In this document: in pieces, positions 20,662-31,174 of the stretch
Numbering within the stretch: position 1 is the stretch's first letter
How the letters are laid out: each line of letters begins with the position of its first letter
DNA from: Candidatus Rokubacteria bacterium GWA2_70_23
Lineage (GTDB): Bacteria; Methylomirabilota; Methylomirabilia; Rokubacteriales; CSP1-6
Length of the DNA: 64,000 nt
Reading direction: 5' to 3'
NCBI GenBank assembly: GCA_001788395.1
Contig: MGBT01000221.1
Coordinates: 16,896-80,895 of the forward strand
Made by a program: the position numbers and the translations under genes
The notes under the pieces: model-generated
What the model saw: only the letters and a program-made list of their open reading frames with translations
Databases searched by the model: none
Told to the model about the DNA's origin: nothing

Positions 20662-21894
20662 ATGGCGAGAGGGAGAGCGCGGCAGGTGATCGCGGGGCTC
20701 GACGTGGGGACGACCAAGATCTGCTGCGTCATCGCGGACGCCTCCTCCGGCGGCGGCCTCGACATCGTCGGCATCGGCGTGAGCCCCTCCCGGGGGTTGC
20801 GCAAGGGCGTCGTCGTCAACATCGACTCGACCGTGGAGGCCATCAAGCAGGCGGTAGCCGAGGCCGAGCAGATGGCGGGCATCGAGATCGCCACCGTGGT
20901 GGCCGGGGTGGCCGGTGGTCACATCCGCGGGATCAACAGCCGGGCCGTGGTGGCCGTGTCGGGCAAGCACCGGGAGGTGAGCCGGACTGACATCGACCGC
21001 GCGCTCGAGGCCGCCAAGACCATCAACCTCGGCCAGGACCGCGAGGTCATCCACGTCCTGCCGCAGACCTTCGTGGTGGACGACCAGGACGGCATCAAGG
21101 AGCCCCTGGGCATGTCCGGGGTGCGGCTCGAGGTCGAGGTCCACCTCGTCACGGGCGCGGTCACGTCGGTCCAGAACGTCATCCGCAGCGTGAACCGGGC
21201 CGGGCTCTCGGTGCAGGACATCGTCCTCGAGCCGCTGGCTTCCGCGGAGGCTGTCGTCTCGGCCGAGGAGAAGGAGCTGGGGATCCTGTTGATCGACCTG
21301 GGCGGCGGCACCACCGACGTGGCGCTCTTCCGGGACGGCGCCGTCTGGTACACGGGGATCCTCCCGCTGGGCGGCGACCACATCTCCAACGACATCGCGG
21401 TGGGGCTGCGCACGCCGACCGGGGACGCCGAGGAGCTGAAGAAGCGCTACGGCTGCGCGCTCACGGCGCTGGTCCGGGAGGACGAGACCATCGACGTGCC
21501 CTCGGTGGGCGGGCGCAAGCCGCGCCAGCTGTCGCGCCAGATCCTCTCCGAGATCATCCAGCCCCGGGTGGAGGAGATCTTCACGCTCGTGGCGCGCGAC
21601 CTGACGCGGGCGGGGCTGCAGGACGTCGCCTCCGCAGGCGTGGTGGTGACCGGCGGCACCTCGATCATGCACGGGGTCCCCGAGCTGGCGGAGCAGGTGT
21701 TCGACCTGCCGGTGCGCCGGGGGCTGCCCACGGGCGTGGGGGGGCTCGCCGATGTGGTGCACAGCCCCATCTATTCGACGGCGGTGGGGCTTGCGCTGTA
21801 TGGATCGCGCGGGCAGACGGGCGGAGGGCTGCTGGATGCCGGCGATGGGTCGCTGGCCGATCGCCTCCGCGCCTGGCTCGCCCGGCTCTTCTGA
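20662..21894 (+). CDS. ftsA: Cell division protein FtsA
   Basis: MARGRARQVIAGLDVGTTKICCVIAD actin-like ATPase N-terminus; in frame within track ORF 20530. Confidence 0.9.
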   Translation: MARGRARQVIAGLDVGTTKICCVIADASSGGGLDIVGIGVSPSRGLRKGVVVNIDSTVEAIKQAVAEAEQMAGIEIATVVAGVAGGHIRGINSRAVVAVSGKHREVSRTDIDRALEAAKTINLGQDREVIHVLPQTFVVDDQDGIKEPLGMSGVRLEVEVHLVTGAVTSVQNVIRSVNRAGLSVQDIVLEPLASAEAVVSAEEKELGILLIDLGGGTTDVALFRDGAVWYTGILPLGGDHISNDIAVGLRTPTGDAEELKKRYGCALTALVREDETIDVPSVGGRKPRQLSRQILSEIIQPRVEEIFTLVARDLTRAGLQDVASAGVVVTGGTSIMHGVPELAEQVFDLPVRRGLPTGVGGLADVVHSPIYSTAVGLALYGSRGQTGGGLLDAGDGSLADRLRAWLARLF

Positions 21895-22236
21895 TGCGTC
21901 TCGCCGGATACCTTGCCCGCGAGGCGCCGGGGTCCGGGGGGCGGGCCCCCCGGGCGCACGCCGGGTGGCTCGCCTGGACGCCGCACCTCGCTCGGGCGGG
22001 CCGAGCGCGACCCCCCATCCCCCGGAGGGGGCGGCGCGAGGGCTGTTGTCCCGCGATCGCGCGCTCGCCCCGCCCGGAGCGAAGGAAGGCGCCACGGCTC
22101 GCCACAGGGTGCACCCGGGGGGGCCGCCCCCCGGACCCCAGCGTGAACCGGTTCCGCGAGAAGCATTAGCGGGTCGACGGGGGCGGGTGACACGGGCAGG
22201 AGGGGAGTGAACGACACACACCGTCAGGAGGCCTGA

Positions 22237-23388
22237 ATGGAGCAGGGAAAGGGGCGGCGGCCGATGTTCGAGCTGGACGAGGAGCGCGAGGTGGCCAAGA
22301 TCAAGGTGATCGGCCTCGGCGGCGGTGGCTCCAACGCCGTGAACCGGATGATGGCCGCACGCTTCACCGGAGTCGAGTTCATCATCGCCAACACGGACGT
22401 GCAGGCGCTGCGTGCCTCTCCGGCCCTTACGAAGATCCAGCTCGGGGCTCGGCTCACGAACGGGCTCGGCGCCGGCTCCGACCCCGAGATCGGCCGCAAC
22501 GCCGCCCAGGAGGACCGGGAGCAGATCAAGCAGATCCTCCAGGGCGCCGACATGGTCTTCGTCACGGCGGGCCTCGGCGGCGGCACCGGCACGGGCTCGG
22601 CGCCCGTGGTGGCCGCCGTCGCGAAGGAGCTGGGCATTCTCACGGTGGCGGTGGTGACGAAGCCCTTCTCGTTCGAGGGGCGGCGGCGGGCGCAGCAGGC
22701 GGAGGCGGGGCTTGGCGAGCTGCGCAGCGTGGTGGACACGCTCATCACCATCCCCAACGAGCGGCTCCTCGCCGTCGTCGACCGCGGCACGCCGCTGCTC
22801 GAGGCCTTCAAGGTCGCCGACACGGTGCTGCTCCAGGCGGTCCAGGGCATCTCGGATCTCATCCTGGTGCCGGGGCTCATCAACCTGGATTTCGCCGACG
22901 TGCGGACGATCATGTCCGGCATGGGCATGGCGCTCATGGGCGCCGGCACCGGCAAGGGCGAGCATCGCGCGCTCGACGCCGCGCAGAAGGCCGTGGCCAG
23001 CCCGCTCCTGGACGAGACGTCCATCGACGGCGCCCGCGGCATTCTCATCAACTTCACCGGGGGCCCCGACCTGTCCATCCACGAGGTGGTGGAGGCTGCG
23101 AAGATCGTCCAGGAGGCCGCCCACGAGGACGCCAACATCATCTTCGGCGCCGTCATCGACGAGAGCCTGCATGACGAGGTCCGGATCACGGTGATCGCCA
23201 CGGGGTTCACCGAGCGGAAGGAGGCGGTGGACCCGGGGCGCAAGGTGGTCGAGATGCCGCGCGCTCCGCGCGGGCCGTCCTCGCCGTCCTGGCGCCGGTC
23301 GGCCGCGGTAGGGCCGCGCGCCGAGACGGACGACCAGATGGAGGAGGACCTGGACGTCCCCGCGTTCCTGCGGCGCCAGGCCGACTGA
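22237..23388 (+). CDS. ftsZ: Cell division GTPase FtsZ
   Basis: GGGTGTG tubulin signature; 383 aa. Confidence 0.95.
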   Translation: MEQGKGRRPMFELDEEREVAKIKVIGLGGGGSNAVNRMMAARFTGVEFIIANTDVQALRASPALTKIQLGARLTNGLGAGSDPEIGRNAAQEDREQIKQILQGADMVFVTAGLGGGTGTGSAPVVAAVAKELGILTVAVVTKPFSFEGRRRAQQAEAGLGELRSVVDTLITIPNERLLAVVDRGTPLLEAFKVADTVLLQAVQGISDLILVPGLINLDFADVRTIMSGMGMALMGAGTGKGEHRALDAAQKAVASPLLDETSIDGARGILINFTGGPDLSIHEVVEAAKIVQEAAHEDANIIFGAVIDESLHDEVRITVIATGFTERKEAVDPGRKVVEMPRAPRGPSSPSWRRSAAVGPRAETDDQMEEDLDVPAFLRRQAD

Positions 23389-23429
23389 TCCCGCGCGGCC
23401 CGGGGCGGCCGTGAGAGAATTGGGGTGTC

Positions 23430-24170
23430 ATGACAGGACGCCCCGCCTTCCTCACCTCGCCCCTGCTCGAGGCCGCGGGGTTGCCCCATCTCTTCACGAC
23501 GCGCCATTTCCCGGGGCTCGAGCGCGGCGCCAACGGCCGGTCGCCCTTCGGCGCCGCGGCCCGGGCGCTCCTCGCGGAGCGCGGGCTCCTCGCAGAACTG
23601 CCGGCCTTCGCTCGCCAGGTGCACGGAGCCGAGGTCGCCGAGGCCCGCGCAGGCGGGCACGCCGGCGTCGCCGACGCCCTCGTCAGCGAGCGCCCCGGCC
23701 TGCCGCTCTCCGTGTTCACCGCCGACTGCCTTCCCATCGTCCTCTTCGATCCCGAAGGGCGCCGCCTGGCCGTGGTGCACGCAGGCTGGCGGGGCACGGT
23801 GCAGTCGGTCGCGCGCGCCGCGGTGACCGCGCTGACCCGGGCCGGTGCTCCGCCCGGGGGGCTCCTGGCCGCGGTGGGCCCATCCATCGGCCCCTGCTGT
23901 TACGAGGTGGATCTCCCCGTGATCGAGCGCCTCAGGACGGGCTTTCCGAGCGCGTGGCCGACCTGGGTGACTCCCGTCGGACCGGGGAAGTGGATGCTCG
24001 ACCTGTGGAAGGCCAACGAGGACCAGCTCCGCGCGGCCGGTGTGGCGCCGTCCAGGATCGAGAACCCGCGGCTCTGCACGGCCTGCCGGCTCGACCTCTT
24101 CTTCTCCTATCGTCGTGAGGGGAAGGGCGGCAGCCTCGCGACGGTGGCTGCCATTCCTCCGTCGTCCTGA
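23430..24170 (+). CDS. pgeF: Peptidoglycan editing factor PgeF / YfiH (DUF152, purine nucleoside phosphorylase-like)
   Basis: 246 aa; ...TADCLPIVLFDP...VVHAGWRGT motifs; conserved neighbour of ftsZ. Confidence 0.8.
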   Translation: MTGRPAFLTSPLLEAAGLPHLFTTRHFPGLERGANGRSPFGAAARALLAERGLLAELPAFARQVHGAEVAEARAGGHAGVADALVSERPGLPLSVFTADCLPIVLFDPEGRRLAVVHAGWRGTVQSVARAAVTALTRAGAPPGGLLAAVGPSIGPCCYEVDLPVIERLRTGFPSAWPTWVTPVGPGKWMLDLWKANEDQLRAAGVAPSRIENPRLCTACRLDLFFSYRREGKGGSLATVAAIPPSS

Positions 24171-24222
24171 GGAGGCCCAGGGCGGGCCGGCATGCTAGAA
24201 TCGCGCAGCCGGACAGGGATTC

Positions 24223-24951
24223 ATGCTGGACATCAGGCAGAACGTCGAGGGGGTTCAGGCCGCGATCGAGCGGGCGTGCCGTCGGTGTGGCCGCGATCCG
24301 CGCGAGGTGCTCCTGATCGCCGTGTCGAAGACGGTGGACCTCGAGCGCATCCGCCTCGCGGTGGAGGCGGGGGTGCCCGCGCTGGGCGAGAACCGGGTGC
24401 AGGAAGCGAAGGAGAAAGTCGCCACCCTCGGCCACCCGGTGCCGTGGCACCTGATCGGCTCGCTGCAGACGAACAAGGCCAGGGATGCGGCGCGGATCTT
24501 CGACTGCGTCCAGTCGGTGGATCGGCTGGAGCTGGCCCATGAGCTGGACCGCCGGGCCCAGGCCGCGGGCCGCGTCGTGGACGGGCTCCTCCAGGTGAAC
24601 CTGGGCGAGGAGCCACAGAAGGGCGGCCTGCCTCCTGCCGAGGTGAAGGCGGTACTCGACCAGGTCGCGGCGCTGCAGGGCCTGCGCATCCGCGGGCTCA
24701 TGGCGATTCCGCCCCTGGTCCCGGATGCCGAGGCCGCGCGCCCGTACTTCAGGCGGCTGCGCGAGCTGAGGGACGCCGTGGGCCTCGAGCACCTCTCCAT
24801 GGGCATGAGCGGCGATTTCGAGGTCGCGATCGACGAAGGGGCGACGATGGTGCGGGTGGGGACGGCGATCTTCGGTCCTCGTCAGGGGCCGGGCCTGGGC
24901 CGGCCGCCGGGCGGTTCGCCAGAGTCCGGAGCGGGGGTATCGCAGCGATGA
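24223..24951 (+). CDS. yggS: YggS-family pyridoxal phosphate homeostasis protein
   Basis: 242 aa; ...LIAVSKTV...HLIGSLQTNKAR... alanine-racemase N-domain-like PLP fold. Confidence 0.85.
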   Translation: MLDIRQNVEGVQAAIERACRRCGRDPREVLLIAVSKTVDLERIRLAVEAGVPALGENRVQEAKEKVATLGHPVPWHLIGSLQTNKARDAARIFDCVQSVDRLELAHELDRRAQAAGRVVDGLLQVNLGEEPQKGGLPPAEVKAVLDQVAALQGLRIRGLMAIPPLVPDAEAARPYFRRLRELRDAVGLEHLSMGMSGDFEVAIDEGATMVRVGTAIFGPRQGPGLGRPPGGSPESGAGVSQR

Positions 24952-25769
24952 GCATCACGGGCAAGCGAATCGGGTTTCTGGGCGCGGGCAATATCGGAGA
25001 GGCCATGATCAGGGGCCTGCTCCAGGCGGCCCTCGTCCCCGCCCAGGACATCGCGGCGAGCGACGCCCGGCCGGAGCGCCTGGCGCAGGTCGCGCGGCAG
25101 CACGGGATTCGCCCCTGCGCCGACAACGCGACCCTGGTCCGCGAGTCCGACGTGATCGTGCTCGCGGTGAAGCCGCAGATCATGGCGGCCGTGTGCGAGG
25201 AGGTCGCTCGCGCCGTGGACAAGAGCAAGCTGATCATCTCGCTGGCGGCGGGCGTCTCCACGACCACGCTCCGGCAGCACCTGCCCCACGTGGAGCGGCT
25301 CATCCGCGTCATGCCCAATGCCCCCGCCCTCGTGCTGGAGGCGGTGACGGCCATCGCGCGCGCCGACGGACTCGAGAAGGGCGACCTCGAGACGGCGCAG
25401 GCGCTCTTCGGCGCCGTGGGGCGCGTCGTGGTCCTGGACGAGGAGGCGCTGGACGCGGTCACGGGGCTCTCGGGCTCGGGCCCGGCCTACGTGGCCATCG
25501 TGATCGAATCGCTGGCTGATGGCGGCGTGAAGATGGGGCTCGACCGGGCCACGGCCATGACGCTCGCCGCCCAGACCGTGCTGGGCTCGGCCAAGCTCAT
25601 CCTCGAGACCGGCACGCATCCGGGGCAGCTGAAGGACATGGTCGCCTCCCCGGGCGGGACCACCATCGCCGGCATCTCCGCCCTCGAGGAGGGCGGGGTG
25701 CGCCGGACCTTCATCAATGCCGTGGAGCGCGCGACCCTGCGCTCCCGCGAGCTCGGGAAAGGGCGATAA
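24948..25769 (+). CDS. proC: Pyrroline-5-carboxylate reductase ProC
   Basis: IGFLGAGNIGEAMIRGLL Rossmann; 273 aa; ATGA overlap with yggS. Confidence 0.9.
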   Translation: MSITGKRIGFLGAGNIGEAMIRGLLQAALVPAQDIAASDARPERLAQVARQHGIRPCADNATLVRESDVIVLAVKPQIMAAVCEEVARAVDKSKLIISLAAGVSTTTLRQHLPHVERLIRVMPNAPALVLEAVTAIARADGLEKGDLETAQALFGAVGRVVVLDEEALDAVTGLSGSGPAYVAIVIESLADGGVKMGLDRATAMTLAAQTVLGSAKLILETGTHPGQLKDMVASPGGTTIAGISALEEGGVRRTFINAVERATLRSRELGKGR

Positions 25770-25770
25770 C

Positions 25771-26037
25771 GTGCTCCCCTACAGTCTCGTCAACTTCATC
25801 GGCTGGCTCCTGAGCCTCTACTCCTGGGTGATCATCGCCGCGGCGCTGATCACCTGGGTAAGCCCCGATCCCCGCAACCCCGTCGTGCAGTTCCTCTCCC
25901 GGGTCACCGAGCCCGTGCTGCGGCCCGTGCGCCAGCTCCTGCCCCCGTGGAAGACGGGAGGGCTCGATCTCTCGCCCCTCATCGTGCTGATCGCCATCCA
26001 GTTCGTGGAGCGGGTCATCCTGCCGGCGCTGTACTGA
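25771..26037 (+). CDS. yggT: YggT-family membrane protein
   Basis: GTG start right after proC stop in frame of track ORF 25717; two TM helices with YggT-like LSLYSWVIIAAALITW. Confidence 0.65.
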   Translation: MLPYSLVNFIGWLLSLYSWVIIAAALITWVSPDPRNPVVQFLSRVTEPVLRPVRQLLPPWKTGGLDLSPLIVLIAIQFVERVILPALY

Positions 26038-26047
26038 GGAGGGGACC

Positions 26048-26557
26048 GTGCGCATCACGCCCATGGACATCAGGCAGCAGCAGTTCACGGTGAAGATGTT
26101 CCGCGGTTTCGATGTCCAGGAGGTGGACACCTTCCTCGAGGACGTCGCCCAGGACTACGAGGCCCTCATGAGGGAGAACACGCTCCTCAAGGAGCAGCTC
26201 CAGGTGCTGGAGGACCGCACCCGCGGCCTCGAGGAGCGGGAGCGGGTGCTGCAGCAGACGCTCGTCACCACCCAGCGGTTGACCGAGGAGATGAAGGAGA
26301 GTGCGAGGCGCGAGGCGGCGCTCACGGTGCGCGAGGCCGAGGTGGCGGGCGAGAAGCTCCTGGAGGCGGCCCGGACCGAGGAGGCGGTGATCCGGAGCGA
26401 GATCATGCTGCTCAAGCGCAACCGCCGCCAGCTCGCGGAAGGCTTGCGGTCCACCATCGAGATGTACCAGCGCATGGTGGAGCAGGACCTTCGCTCGAGC
26501 CCGCCCGAGGACGCCTCGCCCGGCGCCGACCCATCCGCCAGCGCCGAAGAGGAATGA
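26048..26557 (+). CDS. divIVA: DivIVA domain protein
   Basis: GTG start; ITPMDIRQQQFTVKMFRGFDVQEVDTFLEDV matches DivIVA N-terminal lipid-binding domain, then coiled coil. Confidence 0.8.
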   Translation: MRITPMDIRQQQFTVKMFRGFDVQEVDTFLEDVAQDYEALMRENTLLKEQLQVLEDRTRGLEERERVLQQTLVTTQRLTEEMKESARREAALTVREAEVAGEKLLEAARTEEAVIRSEIMLLKRNRRQLAEGLRSTIEMYQRMVEQDLRSSPPEDASPGADPSASAEEE

Positions 26558-26856
26558 TGACCGCTCCTCCCAGCACGCGAGAGGCACGCTTGCTCCACGT
26601 CCGCGTCCGGCCCGGCGCCTCGCGGAGCGAGGTGCTGGGCTGGGAGGGCGAGACGCTCCGCGTGTGCGTGACCTCCCCCCCCGAGGAGGGGCGGGCCACC
26701 CGGGCCGTCGCCGCTCTGCTCGCGGCGGCCCTCGGGGTGCCGCCGTCATCGGTGGAGCTGGTGCGCGGTGGCGCCGCCCGGGACAAGTTCTTCCGCGTGC
26801 GCGGCCTCGACCCCGCCGGCCTCAAGGCCCGTCTCGGCAAGGAATCGTCCCGATGA
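26554..26856 (+). CDS. DUF167 (YggU) family protein
   Basis: 100 aa; ...LHVRVRPGASRSEV...LRVCVTSPPEEGRAT... typical of YggU. Confidence 0.7.
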   Translation: MMTAPPSTREARLLHVRVRPGASRSEVLGWEGETLRVCVTSPPEEGRATRAVAALLAAALGVPPSSVELVRGGAARDKFFRVRGLDPAGLKARLGKESSR

Positions 26857-27869
26857 TCTCGCCGATCCGCTGGCAGGGGGACCGTCTCCTGCTCCTCGAT
26901 CAGACGCTGCTGCCCGTGCAGGAACTGGAGCGTCCCTGCACGACCTGGCAGGAGGTGGCCGAGGCCATCCGCACGCTCGTGGTCAGAGGGGCGCCGGCCA
27001 TCGGGGTGACGGCGGCGTTCGGCGTGGTCCTGGCCGCGCGCGCAAGCGCGGCCCGCGAGTTCGACGGCCTCATGGCGGACCTGGAGGAGGCCGTCAAGGG
27101 CCTCGGGGCCACGCGCCCCACGGCCGTCAATCTCTTCTGGGCGCTGGAGCGCATGCGGCGCGTGGCGCTCGCCCACCGACAGCTGCCGGTGCCCGCGCTC
27201 CGCGACCGGCTCCTGGCCGAGGCGCAGGCCATCCTCGACGAGGACGTGGCGGCGAACCGCGCGCTGGGGGCCCACGGCGCGACGCTCGTGCCCGAGCGGG
27301 CGCGCATTCTCACTCACTGCAACGCGGCGGCCCTGGCCACGGCCGGCTACGGGACGGCAGGGGGCGTGATCCGCGCGGCCCACGAGCGGGGACGCGTGGC
27401 GCTGGTCTGGGTGGACGAGACGCGCCCCGTCATGCAGGGCTCCCGGCTCACGGCCTGGGAGATGGTCAAGGAGGGGATCCCCCACCGGCTCATCTCGGAC
27501 GTGGCGGCGGCCTTTGTCATGAAGCGAGGCGAGGTGGACCTCGTGGTCACGGGGGCCGACCGCATTGCCGCCAACGGGGACACGGCCAACAAGATCGGCA
27601 CCTACGGGCTCGCGGTCCTCGCCCGCTACCACGGGATCCCGTTCTACATCGCGGCGCCGCTGTCGACGATCGATCCGTCCATCCCGACCGGCGCCTCCAT
27701 CGTGATCGAGGAGCGGGACCCGGCCGAGGTGCGCGGAGTGGCGGGGCGCCAGACGGCGCCCGCGGACTCGCCCGTCTTCAACCCGGCCTTCGACGTGACG
27801 CCGGCCGAGCTGATCACGGCCATCATCACCGAGCGCGGCATCTCCCGCCCCCCGTACGCGTTCACGTAG
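26853..27869 (+). CDS. mtnA: S-methyl-5-thioribose-1-phosphate isomerase MtnA (eIF-2B alpha/beta/delta family)
   Basis: MISPIRWQGDRLLLLDQTLLP...VRGAPAIGVTAAFGVVLAA; ATGA overlap with previous gene; in frame within track ORF 26664. Confidence 0.8.
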   Translation: MISPIRWQGDRLLLLDQTLLPVQELERPCTTWQEVAEAIRTLVVRGAPAIGVTAAFGVVLAARASAAREFDGLMADLEEAVKGLGATRPTAVNLFWALERMRRVALAHRQLPVPALRDRLLAEAQAILDEDVAANRALGAHGATLVPERARILTHCNAAALATAGYGTAGGVIRAAHERGRVALVWVDETRPVMQGSRLTAWEMVKEGIPHRLISDVAAAFVMKRGEVDLVVTGADRIAANGDTANKIGTYGLAVLARYHGIPFYIAAPLSTIDPSIPTGASIVIEERDPAEVRGVAGRQTAPADSPVFNPAFDVTPAELITAIITERGISRPPYAFT

Positions 27870-28027
27870 CATCAGCGGTTGCGGTTCTGGCCTTCTTCTC
27901 CCCCCACGCGGCCGGCAAGGACGCGATCTTCGTCACCGCCCTCGGGCGGTCGGCGGCATTGCCAGCGCCGCGCGCCTTCTGATACGGTGAGTCGCGTGAC
28001 CACTCTCGCTTCCGGAAGGAGCCCTCG

Positions 28028-29170
28028 ATGAAGAAGTACTACCTCATGGCCCCGGGTCCGACCCCGGTGCCGCCCAGCGTGCTGCTCGCCATGGCGCAGC
28101 CCATGATCCACCACCGGACGGCCGAGTACGAGGGCCTCTTCACCGAGGTGCGGGCGGGGCTCAAGCGCCTCTTCCAGACGACGCGGGAGGTGATCCCCTT
28201 CGTGTCCTCCGGGACGGGCTCCATGGAGGCCGCGGTGGTCAACACGCTCTCGGCCGGAGACACCGTGCTGGGGCTCCGGGCCGGCAAGTTCGGCGAGCGC
28301 TGGGAGGAGATCTGCCGCGCCTACGGTGTGACCGTGGTGCCGATGGCCGCGCCCTTCGGCCAGACGGTGTCCGCGGAGACGGTTGCGGAGGCGCTGCGCA
28401 GCCACCCCGAGGCGCGCGCCGTGCTCATGCAGCACAGCGAGTCCTCGACGGGCGTGCTCCACGACGTCCAGGGGATCGCCGCCGCCACGCGGGGGACCCC
28501 GGCCATCCTCATCGTGGACGCCGTCTCGAGCCTCGGCATCGCCGACCTTCGCCTGGACGAGTGGGGCGTGGACCTGGTGGTGGCGGGGTCCCAGAAGGGC
28601 CTGATGCTGCCACCCGGCCTGTCCTTCTGCGCGCTGTCCGAGAAGGCCTGGGGGCACGTCACGGCGTCGCGGCTGCCCAGGTACTACTTCGACCTCGCCG
28701 CCGAGGGGAAGTCGGTGGCGAAGAACGAGGCCCACTTCACGCCGGCGGTGTCGATCATGCTGGGTCTGCGCGAGGTGCTGCGGATGCTCGACGCCGAGGG
28801 GCTGCCGAACGTCTTCCGGCGCCACGAGCGGCTGGCGCGCGCCACGCGGGCCGGCGTGGAGGCGCTCGGGCTCGAGCTCTTCGCCAAGGCCAGTCCGAGC
28901 CCGGCGCTGACCGCCGTGGTGGCGCCCCCCGGGATGAACAGCGAGAAGGTGCTCGCCGCCTACTCGGCCTCCCACAACATCACCATCGCCGGCGGCCAGG
29001 GGGAGATGAAGGGCCGGGTCTTCCGGCTCGGGCACATGGGCTACGTGGGCGACTTCGACGTGATCACGGCGCTCTCGGCACTGGAGCAGGTGCTTCACGA
29101 GCTCGGCCACCCGGTGGACTTCGGTGCGGCCGTCAGGGCCGCCCAGAAGGTGTTCGCGGAGCGCGCCTGA
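28028..29170 (+). CDS. Class V aminotransferase (serine/alanine-glyoxylate aminotransferase-like)
   Basis: MKKYYLMAPGPTPVPPSVL N-terminus typical of AGXT family; RBS GGAAGGAG upstream. Confidence 0.85.
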   Translation: MKKYYLMAPGPTPVPPSVLLAMAQPMIHHRTAEYEGLFTEVRAGLKRLFQTTREVIPFVSSGTGSMEAAVVNTLSAGDTVLGLRAGKFGERWEEICRAYGVTVVPMAAPFGQTVSAETVAEALRSHPEARAVLMQHSESSTGVLHDVQGIAAATRGTPAILIVDAVSSLGIADLRLDEWGVDLVVAGSQKGLMLPPGLSFCALSEKAWGHVTASRLPRYYFDLAAEGKSVAKNEAHFTPAVSIMLGLREVLRMLDAEGLPNVFRRHERLARATRAGVEALGLELFAKASPSPALTAVVAPPGMNSEKVLAAYSASHNITIAGGQGEMKGRVFRLGHMGYVGDFDVITALSALEQVLHELGHPVDFGAAVRAAQKVFAERA

Positions 29171-29198
29171 GCCGGGAGCGGTCTGGTAGAATCAGCCG

Positions 29199-29831
29199 TT
29201 GACCATGGGACTCAGACTCTTGCTCCTCCGTCACGCCGAGACCGCCTGGAACCGGGAGCGCCGCTACCAGGGCTGGACGGACACCGCTCTGTCCGATGCC
29301 GGGCGCGGCCAGGCCGAGGCCGCCGGGCGCGCGCTCGCCGGCACCCCGCTGCAGGCTGTCTACGCGAGCCCGCTGTGCCGGGCGCAGGACACCGCCGCCG
29401 CCGTCGCTGCGCCCCATGGGCTTGCCGTGCGCGCGGCCGAGGCCTTCAAGGAGATGGGCTTCGGCCGCTGGGAGGGGCTCACGGTGGACGAGGCGCGCGC
29501 CCAGGACCCTGCCCTCTATCGCGCCTGGCTCGAGACGCCGCACCTGGCTTCGCCGCCGGGGGGCGAGAGCCTCGAGGAGGTCAAGCGGCGGGTGCTGGCG
29601 GGACTCGATGCGCTGCGGAACGAGCACGACGAGGAGACGGTCTGCCTCGTGGCCCACGGCATCACGGCGCGCATCCTGATCCTCGAGGCCCTGGGTCTGC
29701 CGCTGGCGCGGATCTGGTCGCTCCACGTCTCCTCGGCGGGCATCTCGGAGCTCGAGTTCCGGCCGGACTGGACCGCGCTGCACCGGATGAACACCCTCGT
29801 CCACCTCGACGGCGCCCTGGCCGGGCGGTAG
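29199..29831 (+). CDS. Histidine phosphatase family protein (phosphoglycerate mutase-like)
   Basis: LLLLRHAETAWN RHG motif; 210 aa. Confidence 0.8.
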   Translation: MTMGLRLLLLRHAETAWNRERRYQGWTDTALSDAGRGQAEAAGRALAGTPLQAVYASPLCRAQDTAAAVAAPHGLAVRAAEAFKEMGFGRWEGLTVDEARAQDPALYRAWLETPHLASPPGGESLEEVKRRVLAGLDALRNEHDEETVCLVAHGITARILILEALGLPLARIWSLHVSSAGISELEFRPDWTALHRMNTLVHLDGALAGR

Positions 29832-29842
29832 GAGCCCGCGCG

Positions 29843-31174
29843 GTGGAGCGCCGGTCGCACCAGACCCAGCTGCCCAAGGGCGTCAAGATCTACCTCCCCG
29901 ACGAGGCCGCGCAGAAGCGCGTCGTCGAGGAGCGCCTGCTGGGCGTCTTCCGCCGCTGGGGGTACCGCGAGGTGGTGACGCCCACCTACGAGTACTTCGA
30001 CGTGCTCTCCCAGGGGACGGACCACGACCTCCAGGAGGGCATGTTCAAGATGGTGGACCGCGAGTCGGGGCGGCTCCTGGCTCTCCGCGCGGACATCACG
30101 CCCCAGATCGCGCGCATCGTGGCCACGCGGATGCGGGACGAGCCCAAGCCCCTCCGTCTCGCGTACGTCACCAATGTCTTCCGGTACGACGAGCCTCAGG
30201 TGGGCCGCTACCGGGAGTTCTACCAGGCGGGCGTCGAGCAGGTGGGCCTGCCGAACCCGGAGGGCGATGCCGAGATGATCGCCATGACGGTGGAGTGCCT
30301 GCGCGCTCTCGGGCTCGACCAGTTCCAGCTCGACGTCGGGCAGACGGACTTCTTTCGCGGCATCCTCGAGGACCTCGCCGTGGACGAGACGACGGCGCGC
30401 CGGCTCCGCTCGGCGCTCTCGCGCAAGGACGTCTCGGCCCTCGAGCGGCGAGTGGAGGAGCTGGGCGCGCCGGCGGCCGTGACCGAGCTGCTCCTGGCGC
30501 TGCCCTCGCTGTACGGCCGCGGCGAGGTGATCGCGCGCGCCGAGCGGCTCGTGAAGAACGCCCGCTCGGAGGCGGCGCTCCGCAACCTGTCCGAGGTGTA
30601 CCGGCTGCTGGGGCTGTACGGCCTGGCCGACGCGGTGCTGCTCGATCTCGGCGAGGTGCGCGGCTTCGACTACTACTCCGGGGTGCACTTCGAGGCCTAC
30701 GTCACCGGGCTCGGGGCGGCGCTGGCGGGGGGCGGGCGCTACGACCAGATGCTGGGGCGCTTCGGCTACGACTGCCCGGCGACGGGCTTTGCCGTCGAGG
30801 TGGGGCGGGCGCTCCTGGCCATGGACTCCCAGGGTGCGGCGGCGGCGCTGCCCGGGCCGGACTTCTTCATCATCGACTTCACCGCGGACAAGACGCGAGC
30901 ACTGGCGCTCGCGCGCCGGTACCGCGATCTCGGCGCCGCGGTGGCGCGGGACATCATCAGTCGAGGGATCGAGGACTCCATCGCCCATGCGCGCCAGCAG
31001 CGCGCGCGCTGGGTGCTCGTGATCGGAGGAGGCCGGACCGAGCCCGACGAGGTGCGCGTGGTGGACCTGTCGGTGGATGAGGAGCGGACGTGTGCCGTCG
31101 CCGATCTGCTCGCCGATCCCGCGCGGCACTTCCCCGTATTCCGGCCCGAGAGCGGGAGTCGCAGCCATGCCTAA
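29843..31174 (+). CDS. hisZ: HisRS-like protein, probably ATP phosphoribosyltransferase regulatory subunit HisZ (possibly HisS)
   Basis: GTG start after RBS; class II aaRS motifs (FRYDEPQVGRYREFYQAGVE, GGGRYDQML) but GTRD replaced by GVKI; the 5' part of track ORF 29375 is antisense-like extension. Confidence 0.55.
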   Translation: MERRSHQTQLPKGVKIYLPDEAAQKRVVEERLLGVFRRWGYREVVTPTYEYFDVLSQGTDHDLQEGMFKMVDRESGRLLALRADITPQIARIVATRMRDEPKPLRLAYVTNVFRYDEPQVGRYREFYQAGVEQVGLPNPEGDAEMIAMTVECLRALGLDQFQLDVGQTDFFRGILEDLAVDETTARRLRSALSRKDVSALERRVEELGAPAAVTELLLALPSLYGRGEVIARAERLVKNARSEAALRNLSEVYRLLGLYGLADAVLLDLGEVRGFDYYSGVHFEAYVTGLGAALAGGGRYDQMLGRFGYDCPATGFAVEVGRALLAMDSQGAAAALPGPDFFIIDFTADKTRALALARRYRDLGAAVARDIISRGIEDSIAHARQQRARWVLVIGGGRTEPDEVRVVDLSVDEERTCAVADLLADPARHFPVFRPESGSRSHA

